A stretch of DNA of 59,911 bases from Pseudomonadota bacterium (GCA_023413015.1 JAEZQR010000221.1:1-59911); one strand, 5' to 3'. Numbered from the stretch's first letter, positions 19,819 through 29,777 are shown. Made by a program: numbers and translations. Notes: generated from the letters alone by a model not told the origin.

Positions 19819-21273
19819 TCACCCCCGTCCGAGGCTGGTGCGCGCAGCGACGATACGCCATCCCCGGCTAATCTCGGCGCACAGCTCGTGCCGCGCAGTG
19901 AAAAGGGCGACGAGCCAGAGCAGCACGCCCGCCGCCACCGCGCCGAGGACCTGGCCGGCCGGGACCGCCTCCGACCAGCCGTGCCATGCCATCAGCCCGA
20001 GCGCCGGCGCGATCGCGGCGAGCGTGACGGCCAGGCTGGTACCGTAGCAGCGGTAGAGCGCCGCATAGCTCGTGCCCGCGGCGTCGCGGAGGCGGCCGAC
20101 ATAGACGCCATGCTGCGTCAGCGCCTCGCCGACGCGCGCGGCGGCAGCCGGCACCAGCCCGTAGGAAGCGCCGATCGTGAACAGCGCCAGCCCGACGCTG
20201 CCCCGCAGCGCCTCGAGCCTGGGCAGTTCGCGCTCGCGGCCCATCGCGATCAGCACTTCCTGCCGGCTCGTCACCGAAAGGTGGATGATCGCCGCGACAC
20301 ACAGCAGCGACAACACCGGCGCGGCCGGCGCCCAGCGTTCGCCGTAGATCAGCACGATCACCGGTCCAGCGAGGACGGCCAGCCCGGCATAGGCCGGCCA
20401 GAACAGCCCGGTCGCCGCACGCAGCGTCCGCAGATAGACCTCGTCTATCCGCCCCAGCCGGTCGCGGCTGTCGACCAGCGCCTTCAGCACCACCCGCTGC
20501 ACGGGGTAGAGCACGCCTGCCTCGAAGGTGTCGACGACGCCCGAGGCGCGGCTGTAAAGCCCGACCGTCGCCATGCCCGACAGGCGGCCGAGCACGATGT
20601 CGGGCAGCCGCTCGAAGATGTTGACCAGCGACATGGTGGCCAAAATCCGCGCGCCGTAGCCCCATACCTCCCGCCAGCGCGCCAGCGTCGGCCGGCCGCG
20701 CAGCTCCGCCCCGGTCAGCGCGAGCGCGGCAATGGCGGTAAGCGCCTGCGCGCCCGATGCGCCCCACGACAGGCTCGCGTAGGAATGGCCGGCGAACGCG
20801 AGGCTCACCGCGATGCCGGCGGCGCTCGCCACGCGAACGAACGCCAGCAGCGTCGTCAGGTCGAACCGCCCGCGCCGCTGCAGCAACCCGCCCGCGACCG
20901 TCTCGACCGGCGACAGCAGCGCGAACAGGCAGAGGATGCGTAACGCATGCGTGACGCGTGGTTCGTCGAGGAAAGCGGCGAGCAGCGGCGCCCCGAGGTA
21001 GAGCAGCGCCGCCAGCGCCGCCCCCTGCGCCATCGCCATGGTGACGACGGTGCCGCGCGTCGCCGGCTCGAGCCGCTCCTCGCGCACGAGGAAGCTCTGG
21101 AAACCGAGGTTCTGGAACGACGTCAGCAGCATCAGCGCCGACAGCGAGACGGCATAGACGCCCATCTCGGCCGGCGTCAGCAGCCGCGCGACGATCACCG
21201 AGGCGGCGAACTGGATGACGAAGAAACCGACGCTTCCGGTCAGCGACCACGCCATCGACTTTCGCACGGACAT
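19819..21273 (-). CDS. Oligosaccharide flippase (Wzx/PST family)
   Basis: Many TM segments; VARLLTPAEMGVYA, VGLYSRA, LIYGERWAPAAPVL. Confidence 0.85.
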   Translation of the reverse strand: MSVRKSMAWSLTGSVGFFVIQFAASVIVARLLTPAEMGVYAVSLSALMLLTSFQNLGFQSFLVREERLEPATRGTVVTMAMAQGAALAALLYLGAPLLAAFLDEPRVTHALRILCLFALLSPVETVAGGLLQRRGRFDLTTLLAFVRVASAAGIAVSLAFAGHSYASLSWGASGAQALTAIAALALTGAELRGRPTLARWREVWGYGARILATMSLVNIFERLPDIVLGRLSGMATVGLYSRASGVVDTFEAGVLYPVQRVVLKALVDSRDRLGRIDEVYLRTLRAATGLFWPAYAGLAVLAGPVIVLIYGERWAPAAPVLSLLCVAAIIHLSVTSRQEVLIAMGRERELPRLEALRGSVGLALFTIGASYGLVPAAAARVGEALTQHGVYVGRLRDAAGTSYAALYRCYGTSLAVTLAAIAPALGLMAWHGWSEAVPAGQVLGAVAAGVLLWLVALFTARHELCAEISRGWRIVAARTSLGRG

Positions 21274-21350
21274 GCGGCGCGAAACTCCTCGGGACCGGGC
21301 GTTGTTGCCCCCCGGACCCGATTAGCCCCGCGCCGACGGGCCGACAAGCG

Positions 21351-22202
21351 CTAGCCGCCGACGGGCGTTCCGCCGTTGGGGCTGAGGATCTGGCCGGAGA
21401 AGTAGCTGCCGTCCTCGCAGGCGAGGAACAGGTAGCTCGGCGCCACCTCCCAAGGCTGGCCGGGGCGCCCCATCGGCGTCGACTTGCCGAAATTCTTGAG
21501 CTTTTCCGGGCTCGCGCCGCCGAAGGGGTTGAGCGGCGTCCAGATCGGCCCTGGGGCCACGCCGTTCACACGGATGCCCTTCTTGACGAGGTTCTGCGCG
21601 AGCGCGCGGGTGAACGAGGTGATCGCCCCCTTGGTCGCGGAATAATCCAGCAGCTCCTCCGACCCCTCGAAGCTCGTCACCGAGGTGGTGTTGATGATCG
21701 TGCTGCCGTCCTTCAGGTGCGGCATCGCCGCCTGCACCATGTGGAAATAGCCGAAGATATTGGTCTGGAAGGTTCGGCGCAGCTGCTCCTCGGTGATGTC
21801 GGTGATCTCCTTGTCGGCATGCTGCTCGGCGGCGTTGTTCACTAGGATGTCGAGCCCGCCGAAGGCTTCGACCGTGCGGCGCACCGCCTCCTCGCAGAAC
21901 GCCTTGTCGCCGACGTCGCCGCGGATCGCGAGGCAGCGCCGCCCTTCGTTCTCGACATGGCGGCAGGTCTCGGCCGCGTCGTCATTCTCCTCGAGATGCA
22001 CGATCGCGACGTTGGCGCCCTCGCGCGCGAACAGTACGGCGACCGCGCGGCCGATCCCGCTGTCGCCGCCCGTGATGATCGCGGTCTTGCCGGCCAGCCG
22101 GTCCGAACCTTCGTAGCACGGCATGAAATCGGGCTTGGGTTCGAGCTGGCTCTCATGACCGGGGAGCCTGTCCTCGTGCAGCTTCGGCTGTTCGACCGCC
22201 AT
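21351..22202 (-). CDS. SDR family oxidoreductase (general-stress YhdF/YghA-like)
   Basis: TGGDSGIGRA, NNAA, YSATKG, VAPGPIWTPL. Confidence 0.92.
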   Translation of the reverse strand: MAVEQPKLHEDRLPGHESQLEPKPDFMPCYEGSDRLAGKTAIITGGDSGIGRAVAVLFAREGANVAIVHLEENDDAAETCRHVENEGRRCLAIRGDVGDKAFCEEAVRRTVEAFGGLDILVNNAAEQHADKEITDITEEQLRRTFQTNIFGYFHMVQAAMPHLKDGSTIINTTSVTSFEGSEELLDYSATKGAITSFTRALAQNLVKKGIRVNGVAPGPIWTPLNPFGGASPEKLKNFGKSTPMGRPGQPWEVAPSYLFLACEDGSYFSGQILSPNGGTPVGG

Positions 22203-22235
22203 CGCACCTCTCCTTGTGAAAAAGACAAGGCCCGC

Positions 22236-22260
22236 AACGAGCGGGCCTGGGATCGGTTGC
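22236..22260 (-). promoter_or_regulatory. EcfG (general stress response)-type promoter of the SDR
   Basis: Minus strand GCAAC-N16-CGTT versus consensus GGAAC-N16/17-CGTT; overlaps hairpin AGGCCCGC/GCGGGCCT with a T-tract. Confidence 0.6.
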
Positions 22261-22274
22261 GGCGTTGAGAGCGC

Positions 22275-22499
22275 TCAGCCGATCGGCCGTGCCTCGGCGT
22301 AGGTGCTCTTCGTCGACTTCAGGCAGTTGGCCATGATCACCGGATAGGCGAGGTCCGTCAGCTTCTCGAGCACGGCGGGCGTGGCGGCGCGGCAGTCGGC
22401 GACGGTCGTATAGGCGGTTTCGACCTTGCGCACGGTCTCGCACTGGCTGGCATCGTCGCCGCAGCCGAGAATCGCCATGATGATAAGGGCTTCCTTCAT
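22275..22499 (-). CDS. Small Cys-containing, probably exported hypothetical protein
   Basis: MKEALIIMAILGCGDDASQC...ADC...MANC; four Cys. Confidence 0.65.
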   Translation of the reverse strand: MKEALIIMAILGCGDDASQCETVRKVETAYTTVADCRAATPAVLEKLTDLAYPVIMANCLKSTKSTYAEARPIG

Positions 22500-22529
22500 A
22501 CGCCACCCCCAAGGACTGGTCATGGAGTC

Positions 22530-22554
22530 AACAGGCGAAGCGTAAGCAGGTTCC
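22530..22554 (-). promoter_or_regulatory. EcfG-type promoter
   Basis: Minus strand GGAAC-N16-TGTT about 30 nt upstream of the 22499 start. Confidence 0.6.
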
Positions 22555-22556
22555 AC

Positions 22557-22565
22557 TTATCCACA
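22557..22565 (+). promoter_or_regulatory. DnaA box
   Basis: Perfect TTATCCACA in a divergent intergenic region. Confidence 0.5.
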
Positions 22566-22602
22566 GCGTTGCGGCGATCCGTTTAGAACCTATCTATCGG
22601 CG

Positions 22603-24402
22603 ATGCAGTCATCCCCCTCGTTCAATTCGCTGCGGCGCTTCCTTCCCTACCTCTGGCCCGCCGGCGAACCGGGGCTTCGCGCCCGCGTCGTGATCGCGTT
22701 CGGGCTGGTGCTGGTCGCCAAGGCGACGACGCTGGTGATGCCGTTCGCCTACGCCGCCGCGATCGACGCGATGTCGGCGCGCACGGGGGAGGCGGCGGCG
22801 CTCGCGATCGGGCTGGTGCTCGCCTATGCCACCGCCCGCTTCGGCGGCGTGCTGTTCGACAATGTCCGCAACGCCATCTTCGAGCGCGTGGGCCAGAACG
22901 GCACGCGCACCTTGGCGGTGAGCGTGTTCCGACACATCCACGCCCTGTCGCTGCGCTACCACCTGGAGCGCCGCACCGGCGAGCTGACCCGCGTGATGGA
23001 GCGGGCCAGCAAGAGCGTCGACGAGATGCTCTACTTCCTGTTCTTCAACATCGCCCCGACCGCGATCGAGATCGTCGTCGTCAGCGCGATCTTCTGGGTG
23101 AAGCTCGGCCCCGGCATGGTGGCGGCGCTGCTCGCGATGGTGGTCGCCTACATCGGCTTCACCTGGCGGGTGACCCAGTGGCGCAACCAGGTGCGACGCG
23201 AGGCGATCGACGCCGACAACAAGGCCACGCAGCGCGCGGTCGACTCGCTCCTCAACTACGAGACGGTGAAATATTTCAACGCCGAGGAGGTCGAGGCCGA
23301 GCGCTACACCCGCAGCTACCGCCGCTTCTCCGAGGCGAACGTCAGGAACGAGACTTCGCTCGCCTGGCTCAACGTGGGCCAGTCGCTTATCACCAACCTG
23401 ATGATGGGCGCCGCCATGGCCTATACGGTGTGGGGCTGGAGCCAAGGCCGGCTCAGCGTCGGCGACGTGGTGCTCGTCAATACGCTGCTCGCCCAGTTTT
23501 TCCGTCCGCTCGACGTGCTCGGCTGGGTGTATCGTACGATCGTGCAGGGCCTCATTGACGTCGAGGCGATGTTCAAGCTGCTCGACACAGAGGCCGAGGT
23601 GAAGGACCGGCCGGACGCCAGGCCGCTCGAGGTGCGCGGCGGGCATGTGCGGTTCGAGGGCGTCGAGTTCGCCTACGAACCGAGGCGGCAGATTCTGCAC
23701 GGCGTCAGCTTCGACGTGCCGCCCGGCCGGAAGCTCGCGATCGTCGGCCATTCGGGCGCGGGCAAATCGACGATCAGCCGCATCCTCTACCGCTTCTACG
23801 ACATCGCCGGCGGGCGCGTGACGATCGACGGGCAGGATGTCCGCGACGTGACGCAAGCGTCTCTACGTGCTGCGATTGGCATCGTCCCGCAGGACACCGT
23901 GCTGTTCAACGACACGGTCGCCTACAACATCGGCTACGGCAAGGCCGGCGCGAGCCAGGCCGAGATCGAGGACGCCGCGCGCCGCGCGCAGATCCATGAC
24001 TTCATCACATCGCTGCCCGACGGCTACCAGACGGTGGTCGGCGAGCGCGGCCTGAAGCTATCGGGCGGCGAGAAGCAGCGCGTGGCGATCGCGCGCACCA
24101 TCCTCAAGGACCCGACGATCCTCATCCTCGACGAGGCGACGAGCGCGCTCGATTCGGCGACCGAGGCCGAGATCCAGTCGGCGCTCCGCGACGTGTCCGA
24201 GCACCGCACGACGCTCGTCATCGCGCACCGCCTGTCGACCGTGATCGACGCCGACGAGATCATCGCGATGGAGGCCGGGCGCATCGTCGAGCGCGGCACG
24301 CACGCCGAGCTGCTGGCGCGCGGCGGCCTTTATGCCGAAATGTGGACCCGCCAGCAGGCCGAAGCCGAGGAGGCCATCGCGGAGATGCAAGCGGCGGAGT
24401 AA
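22603..24402 (+). CDS. ATM1/ABCB7-type ABC exporter (fused permease-ATPase)
   Basis: DSLLNYETVKYF, GHSGAGKST, LSGGEKQRVAIAR, ILDEATSALD. Confidence 0.92.
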   Translation: MQSSPSFNSLRRFLPYLWPAGEPGLRARVVIAFGLVLVAKATTLVMPFAYAAAIDAMSARTGEAAALAIGLVLAYATARFGGVLFDNVRNAIFERVGQNGTRTLAVSVFRHIHALSLRYHLERRTGELTRVMERASKSVDEMLYFLFFNIAPTAIEIVVVSAIFWVKLGPGMVAALLAMVVAYIGFTWRVTQWRNQVRREAIDADNKATQRAVDSLLNYETVKYFNAEEVEAERYTRSYRRFSEANVRNETSLAWLNVGQSLITNLMMGAAMAYTVWGWSQGRLSVGDVVLVNTLLAQFFRPLDVLGWVYRTIVQGLIDVEAMFKLLDTEAEVKDRPDARPLEVRGGHVRFEGVEFAYEPRRQILHGVSFDVPPGRKLAIVGHSGAGKSTISRILYRFYDIAGGRVTIDGQDVRDVTQASLRAAIGIVPQDTVLFNDTVAYNIGYGKAGASQAEIEDAARRAQIHDFITSLPDGYQTVVGERGLKLSGGEKQRVAIARTILKDPTILILDEATSALDSATEAEIQSALRDVSEHRTTLVIAHRLSTVIDADEIIAMEAGRIVERGTHAELLARGGLYAEMWTRQQAEAEEAIAEMQAAE

Positions 24403-24416
24403 GGCTCCGCCGCCCG

Positions 24417-24848
24417 CTAGAGCGCCCGCAGCAGCTCGCGCACGATCATCGTGCCGAGCGCCACCCACGACAGGATGAACAGCAGGAAGCGCGGCACCAC
24501 GCGGTTGACCGTCGCCTGCACCAGCGAGTGGAGCACGCGCAGGGCCAGATAGGCCCAGGCGCAGGCGGCGTGCACCGGATCGGCGTTGCCGATCACCACG
24601 ACGTAGAGCGCCATCGCGTAGAACAGCGTCGGCGTCTCGAACAGATGGTTGTAGTTGTCAGCGACGCGCCGCACCTCGCTCGGCAGCACGTCGAGCAGGC
24701 CCGGATGCGCCACCGACTGCGGATCGATCCGGCCGCGGTTCATCGCCGGGATGCGCGTCGCATACATCCACACGCACATGACGAGCGACAGCACGCCCAT
24801 GCCGAGCATGGCGTGCAGGATCGACAGCACGTCGGCTGAAAGGTTCAT
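24417..24848 (-). CDS. MAPEG family membrane protein
   Basis: ADNYNHLFETPTLFY, LRVLHSLVQ. Confidence 0.85.
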   Translation of the reverse strand: MNLSADVLSILHAMLGMGVLSLVMCVWMYATRIPAMNRGRIDPQSVAHPGLLDVLPSEVRRVADNYNHLFETPTLFYAMALYVVVIGNADPVHAACAWAYLALRVLHSLVQATVNRVVPRFLLFILSWVALGTMIVRELLRAL

Positions 24849-24922
24849 GATATCCCCCGTTCGTTACGGGGGCGGATGCTGGACCGCTCCCGCCGCCAAG
24901 GCAAGCGGGAGCGGCCTAGACC

Positions 24923-25393
24923 TCAGAGATTGCGCAGCGCGTAGTCGCGGTTGCGGTTGTATTCGTCCTGACTGATGTTCCCATCGTTGTTGGTATCCAT
25001 CAGCCGCCGCAGATCGCGCTCAGCGAGCTGGCCCTCGCTGCGGTCGAGCTCGTTGTTCCGATTGGTGTCGTAGCGCGACATGATCCGGTCTTGGAGCGCG
25101 GCGTCGTAGCGGATCGTTTCGTCGATCTCGTTCCAGCCCGCTCCCCGGTAGTTCGAGCTCGTGCGGCCGCTATCGCGGTTTTTGTCGAGCGCGCCGGCCA
25201 CCGCGCCCACCGCCGCACCGATCGCGGCGCCTTCACCCGCAGAGACGCCTGGCACCACCGCGCCGACCGCGGCACCGCCAGCGGCACCGATCGCGGCGCC
25301 GCGTACGGTCCTGTTGTCCAGGATATCACGATTGTCGGTCGCGCACGCCGCGACCGAAGCCCCCGCAAGCAGAACGATCATCAGCCGTTTCAT
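24923..25393 (-). CDS. Lipoprotein with glycine zipper and two EF-hand-like loops
   Basis: Lipobox VAAC; GAAIGAAGGAAVG; DTNRNNELDRSE and DTNNDGNISQDE. Confidence 0.8.
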   Translation of the reverse strand: MKRLMIVLLAGASVAACATDNRDILDNRTVRGAAIGAAGGAAVGAVVPGVSAGEGAAIGAAVGAVAGALDKNRDSGRTSSNYRGAGWNEIDETIRYDAALQDRIMSRYDTNRNNELDRSEGQLAERDLRRLMDTNNDGNISQDEYNRNRDYALRNL

Positions 25394-25428
25394 CCAACGG
25401 TCCCTTCATGTCTGTTGCGTACCGGAGC

Positions 25429-25457
25429 TTGAACACCCGCCCCCCTGAATGGTTCAA
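25429..25457. promoter_or_regulatory. Palindromic EcfG-like element between divergent genes
   Basis: TTGAAC-N17-GTTCAA; reads TGAAC-N16-GGTT on plus and TGAAC-N16-TGTT on minus. Confidence 0.45.
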
Positions 25458-25487
25458 TGAGCGGGCAGAAGGGAGCGGGGCCGGCGC

Positions 25488-27854
25488 ATGCGTGAGAAGG
25501 AGCTTCGGCTGGCGCTGGTCTGCTACGGCGGCGTCAGCCTCGCCGTTTACATGCACGGCATCGTCAAGGAGGCCTGGAAGCTGCTGCGCGCGAGCCGCGC
25601 GTTCCACGACGCCGGACAGGACAGGACACTCAAGGACAGCGAAAACACCTATTACGAACTGCTGCAGGCGCTCGCGCCGCACGTCCGGCTGCGCGTGCTG
25701 GTCGATATCGTCGCCGGCGCCTCGGCCGGCGGCATCAACGGCGTCATGCTCGCGCACGCCATCGCCGGCGGCCACGACATGGAGCCGCTGCGCGACCTCT
25801 GGCTCGAGAATGCCGACATCGAGAAGCTGCTCGATCCCGAGGCGGCGCCGACCTCGCGCCTGAGCAAGATCTACGCCCGGCCGTTGGTCTGGCTCGCCGG
25901 CCGCGACAAGGGCGGCGACGACATCGACCGCATCGCCGACCCGGCCGCCCGCGCCGAGGTGCGCGCCAAGCTCTCGCGCTTCATCCGCTCGCGCTGGTTC
26001 GAGCCGCCCTTCTCCGGCCCCGGTTTCACCCGCATGCTCTACGAGGCGCTCGAAGCGATGGAGGAAGGCGAGCGCACCGCGCCGCTGCTCCCGCCCGGCC
26101 AGCCGCTCGACCTGTTCGTCACCACCACCGACTTTCACGGCTATCCCGAGCCGCTCGCGCTCAACTCGCCGGCGCAGGTGGTCGAGACCGAGCATCGGCT
26201 GGTCATCGGCTTCCGCGACGACGGCCGCCCGATCGCGGGTCCCCGCGACGATGGTGGCGGTGCCGGCCTGCGCCGCAGGATCGGCGATCGCGCCGCGCTC
26301 ACCTTCGCCGCGCGCGCCACCGCCTCCTTCCCCGGTGCCTTCCCGCCATTCCGGTTGGGCGAGCTGGACGAGGTGCTCGAGGAGGTCGGCGAGGCCTGGC
26401 CGGGACGCGAGGCCTTCCTTGCGCGCGTGTTCGCCCGCCGCATCGCCGCCGGGCTCGATCCGGCCGAGGTGTCGCTGATCGACGGCAGCGTGCTCGCCAA
26501 CGCGCCGTTCCGCCCGGCGATCGAGGCGTTGCGCAACCGCCCGGCCCACCGCGAGGTCGACCGGCGCTTCGTCTACATCGATCCGAAACCCGACGGGCAT
26601 CTCGTCGCGATGCCCGACGGCAGCGGACGCGGCCCGCCGGGCTTCTTCACCACGATCCTGCACGCGCTGTCGAACATCCCGCGCGAGCAGCCGATCCGCG
26701 ACAACCTCGACGCGATCTCCGGCCTGTCGCGCCGTGTCCGCCGGCTCCGCTACATCGTCGCCGGCATGCGCGACGAGGTCGATGCCGCGATCGAGGCCGC
26801 GCTCGGCCGGACGCTGCGCTTCTACCGCCCGACGCCCAGCCGCCTAGCCAGCTGGCGCAGCCGTGTCCAGACCGCCGCCGCCACGCAGGCGAGCTATACC
26901 CATGCCGCCTATGGTCAGCTCAAGCTGAGCCACATCGTCGAGCATCTGGCGGAGACGCTGGCGGCGGTCGGCGGCCAGCGGATCGTCGGCCATGCCGAGC
27001 GCGTGCGCGGCGCGCTGTGGCGCTGGGTGCGCGCCCGCGACCTCGACCGGATCGAGACCCAGCCCGGCTGGCGAGGCACGCCGAGCCCCTACGTCGCCTT
27101 CCTGCGCCGCTATGACCTGCCCTATCGCATCCGCCGTCTGCGCTTCCTGATCCGGCGGCTGACCGAAGTGGCCGCCGACCTGCCGGCCGGGCAGGACCCG
27201 CGCGCGCTCGACCAGCTGAAGGAGCAGCTCTACGGGCTTCTCGCGCCACTGCTCGAACGCCGCGACCCGGCCTTCTTCGCGCCCATCACGCCTATCGCCG
27301 CCGCGATCGACGGCGATCCGACCGCCGCGATCGAGGCACTGGGCGACGCGCTCAACCTGACCGCGCTCGACGCCGTCACCGACGCCCGCCTCGTCGATCT
27401 TCTGAATGCGCCCGGCATCCACGCCACCGTGCGGCGCACGCTCATCCTCGCCTATCTGGGCTTCCCCTTCTACGACATCGCGACGCTGCCGCTGCTCCAG
27501 GGCGAAGGCCTCGACGAGTTCGACGAGATCAAGGTCGACCGGATCTCGCCCGACGACGCCACCACGATCCGCGCGGGCGGAGCCGCCGCTACGCTGAAGG
27601 GCATTCAGTTCAATGCCTTCGGCGCCTTCTTCTCGCGGGCCTGGCGTGAGAACGACTATCTCTGGGGCCGCCTCCATGCCGCCGAGCGGCTGATCGACAT
27701 CGTGCTCAGCACGGTGCCCAAGGGCGCCGCGCTCCCCAAGGGCCTGGCCGACGATCTCAAGCGCCGCGCCTTCCGTGCCATCATCGCAGTCGAACGCCAG
27801 CACCTCACCCACGTCTCCGATCTCTGCGACCGTCTGGAGCGCGAGATCGGCTGA
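25488..27854 (+). CDS. Patatin-like phospholipase family protein (DUF3376 C-terminus)
   Basis: GGVSLAVYMHG, GASAG nucleophile elbow, DGSVLAN, RENDYLWGRLH. Confidence 0.88.
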   Translation: MREKELRLALVCYGGVSLAVYMHGIVKEAWKLLRASRAFHDAGQDRTLKDSENTYYELLQALAPHVRLRVLVDIVAGASAGGINGVMLAHAIAGGHDMEPLRDLWLENADIEKLLDPEAAPTSRLSKIYARPLVWLAGRDKGGDDIDRIADPAARAEVRAKLSRFIRSRWFEPPFSGPGFTRMLYEALEAMEEGERTAPLLPPGQPLDLFVTTTDFHGYPEPLALNSPAQVVETEHRLVIGFRDDGRPIAGPRDDGGGAGLRRRIGDRAALTFAARATASFPGAFPPFRLGELDEVLEEVGEAWPGREAFLARVFARRIAAGLDPAEVSLIDGSVLANAPFRPAIEALRNRPAHREVDRRFVYIDPKPDGHLVAMPDGSGRGPPGFFTTILHALSNIPREQPIRDNLDAISGLSRRVRRLRYIVAGMRDEVDAAIEAALGRTLRFYRPTPSRLASWRSRVQTAAATQASYTHAAYGQLKLSHIVEHLAETLAAVGGQRIVGHAERVRGALWRWVRARDLDRIETQPGWRGTPSPYVAFLRRYDLPYRIRRLRFLIRRLTEVAADLPAGQDPRALDQLKEQLYGLLAPLLERRDPAFFAPITPIAAAIDGDPTAAIEALGDALNLTALDAVTDARLVDLLNAPGIHATVRRTLILAYLGFPFYDIATLPLLQGEGLDEFDEIKVDRISPDDATTIRAGGAAATLKGIQFNAFGAFFSRAWRENDYLWGRLHAAERLIDIVLSTVPKGAALPKGLADDLKRRAFRAIIAVERQHLTHVSDLCDRLEREIG

Positions 27855-27857
27855 GAC

Positions 27858-27889
27858 TTATCCACAGTCGATCCACAGCACTGCCCACG
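27858..27889 (+). promoter_or_regulatory. DnaA box array upstream of dnaB
   Basis: TTATCCACA (27858), CGATCCACA (27869), degenerate CTGCCCACG (27881). Confidence 0.6.
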
Positions 27890-27944
27890 GCTATCTTTTT
27901 GCTGGCGCCTCGACCGTTACGGCGCTGCATGCGATTATCGGCGC

Positions 27945-29435
27945 ATGGCCATCAGTCACCTGCGTCCCGTCCAGACCGAAACCGCCGAACAGGCTCAGCT
28001 TCCGCAGAACATCGAGGCGGAGCAGGCGCTGCTCGGGGCACTGATGATCGACAACCGGCTCGTCGAGGACGTGCAGCTCAAGCTGCGCCCCGACCATTTC
28101 TTCGATCCCTTCCACGGCCGGATTTACGAGGCGATCCAGCGGATCGTCGACCGCAACATGGTGGCGAACCCCGTCACGCTGCGGCCGCTGTTCGATGCCG
28201 ACCCGGACCTCGCGGCGCATGGCGGTCCCGGCTACCTTGCCGAGCTGACGCAGAACTCGGCGGCGATGATCGCCACGACCGACTTCGCGCAGCAGATCTA
28301 CGACCTCGCGCTGCTGCGCGAGCTCATCCGCGTCGGCCGCGAGATGGTGACGTCGGCCACCGACATCAGCCAGTTCGTCGACCCTGAATCGAAGATCCAG
28401 GAAGCCGAAATGGCGCTGTACAAGGTCGCCGAGCAGGGCGAGGTCGCGGGCTCGGTCAAGGACTTCCACCAATCGGCGACGCTGGCCGTCCAGATGGCCG
28501 AGCGCGCGCTGAAGTCGGGCGGCCATCTGTCGGGCATCACCACCGGCCTCGAATCGCTCAACGCCAAGCTCGGCGGCCTGCACCGCTCCGACCTCGTGAT
28601 CCTCGCCGGCCGTCCCGCCATGGGCAAGACCGCGCTTGCCACCAACATCGCGTTCAACGCGGCGCAGCGGCTGATGCGCGACAAGGACTTCGGCACCTCG
28701 GCGACCGAGTCGAGCGGAGCGGGCGTCGCCTTCTTCAGCCTCGAAATGTCGGCCGACCAGCTGGCCACGCGTATCCTCGCCGAGCAGTCGGGCGTCAGCG
28801 GCGAGAATCTCCGCATGGGCAAGATCAGCCAGCAGGAGTTCCGGAACCTCGCGCGCGCCGCTGCCGAGCTTCAGGACCTGCCGCTCTACATCGACGACAC
28901 GCCGGGCCTGACCATCGCCGCGCTGCGCACCCGCGCGCGGCGCCTCAAGCGCCAGAAGGGCATCGGCTTCATCGTCGTCGACTATCTCCAGCTCCTCCAG
29001 GGCTCGAAGACGCAGGGCGGCGACAGCCGCGTGCAGGAGATCTCGGAGATCACCCGCGGCCTCAAGACGCTCGCCAAGGAACTCAACGTGCCGGTGCTGG
29101 CGCTGTCGCAGCTCAGCCGCGCCGTCGAGCAGCGCGAGGACAAGCGCCCGCAGCTCGCCGACCTTCGCGAATCCGGCACCATCGAGCAGGACTCCGACAT
29201 CGTGCTCTTCGTGTTCCGCGAAGAATATTATCACATGCAGAAGAAGCCCGAGGACGGCTCGGAGAAGTTCCAGGCCTGGCTCGAGAAGGCGCAGCGCATC
29301 GACGGCCGCGCCGAGGTAATCGTCGCCAAGCAGCGCCACGGCGCCACCGGCATCGTGCCGCTCGCCTTCCACAAGATGATCACCAAGTTCGCCGACCTCG
29401 CCGACGACGCCTATCTGCCGGAGCAGTACGAGTAG
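27945..29435 (+). CDS. dnaB: Replicative DNA helicase
   Basis: AGRPAMGKT, FSLEMS, VDYLQL, LSQLSR, DLRESGTIEQD, KQRHG. Confidence 0.97.
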   Translation: MAISHLRPVQTETAEQAQLPQNIEAEQALLGALMIDNRLVEDVQLKLRPDHFFDPFHGRIYEAIQRIVDRNMVANPVTLRPLFDADPDLAAHGGPGYLAELTQNSAAMIATTDFAQQIYDLALLRELIRVGREMVTSATDISQFVDPESKIQEAEMALYKVAEQGEVAGSVKDFHQSATLAVQMAERALKSGGHLSGITTGLESLNAKLGGLHRSDLVILAGRPAMGKTALATNIAFNAAQRLMRDKDFGTSATESSGAGVAFFSLEMSADQLATRILAEQSGVSGENLRMGKISQQEFRNLARAAAELQDLPLYIDDTPGLTIAALRTRARRLKRQKGIGFIVVDYLQLLQGSKTQGGDSRVQEISEITRGLKTLAKELNVPVLALSQLSRAVEQREDKRPQLADLRESGTIEQDSDIVLFVFREEYYHMQKKPEDGSEKFQAWLEKAQRIDGRAEVIVAKQRHGATGIVPLAFHKMITKFADLADDAYLPEQYE

Positions 29436-29441
29436 GAGATC

Positions 29442-29777
29442 ATGACCAGCCCTGATGTCGCTGCCTACATCGCCGCGCTCGCCGGTGAGCGCCGCGCCAA
29501 GCTGGAAACTCTTCGCGCGGCAATCCATGCGGCCTTCGAGGACGTGACCGAAAGCATCGAATGGAAGATGCCGGTCTTTCGGCGCGGCGAGCGCTGGTTC
29601 GCCACCGCTAGTCAGCGCTCCTATCTGTCGCTGTATTTCGGTGGAGAGCCGATCGCCGCGTCGGTCGCAGCGGCCGATCCGCGGCTCAAATACGGAAAAG
29701 CCTGCGTCAACGTTCGTGACGGTGTCCCGCTGCCGATGGCGGCTATCGAGGCGGGCATCGCCCAGACCTTGGGCTAG
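29442..29777 (+). CDS. DUF1801 / YdhG-like protein
   Basis: VAAYIAAL...LRAAI...ESIEWKMPVF pattern; AGGAG RBS. Confidence 0.75.
   Translation: MTSPDVAAYIAALAGERRAKLETLRAAIHAAFEDVTESIEWKMPVFRRGERWFATASQRSYLSLYFGGEPIAASVAAADPRLKYGKACVNVRDGVPLPMAAIEAGIAQTLG

Noticed and set aside
27858..27944. Replication origin at the DnaA boxes
   Set aside because: The intergenic region is only about 90 bp with no AT-rich unwinding element and one perfect box.
27945..29435. Intein in DnaB
   Set aside because: Normal 496-aa length with contiguous helicase motifs.
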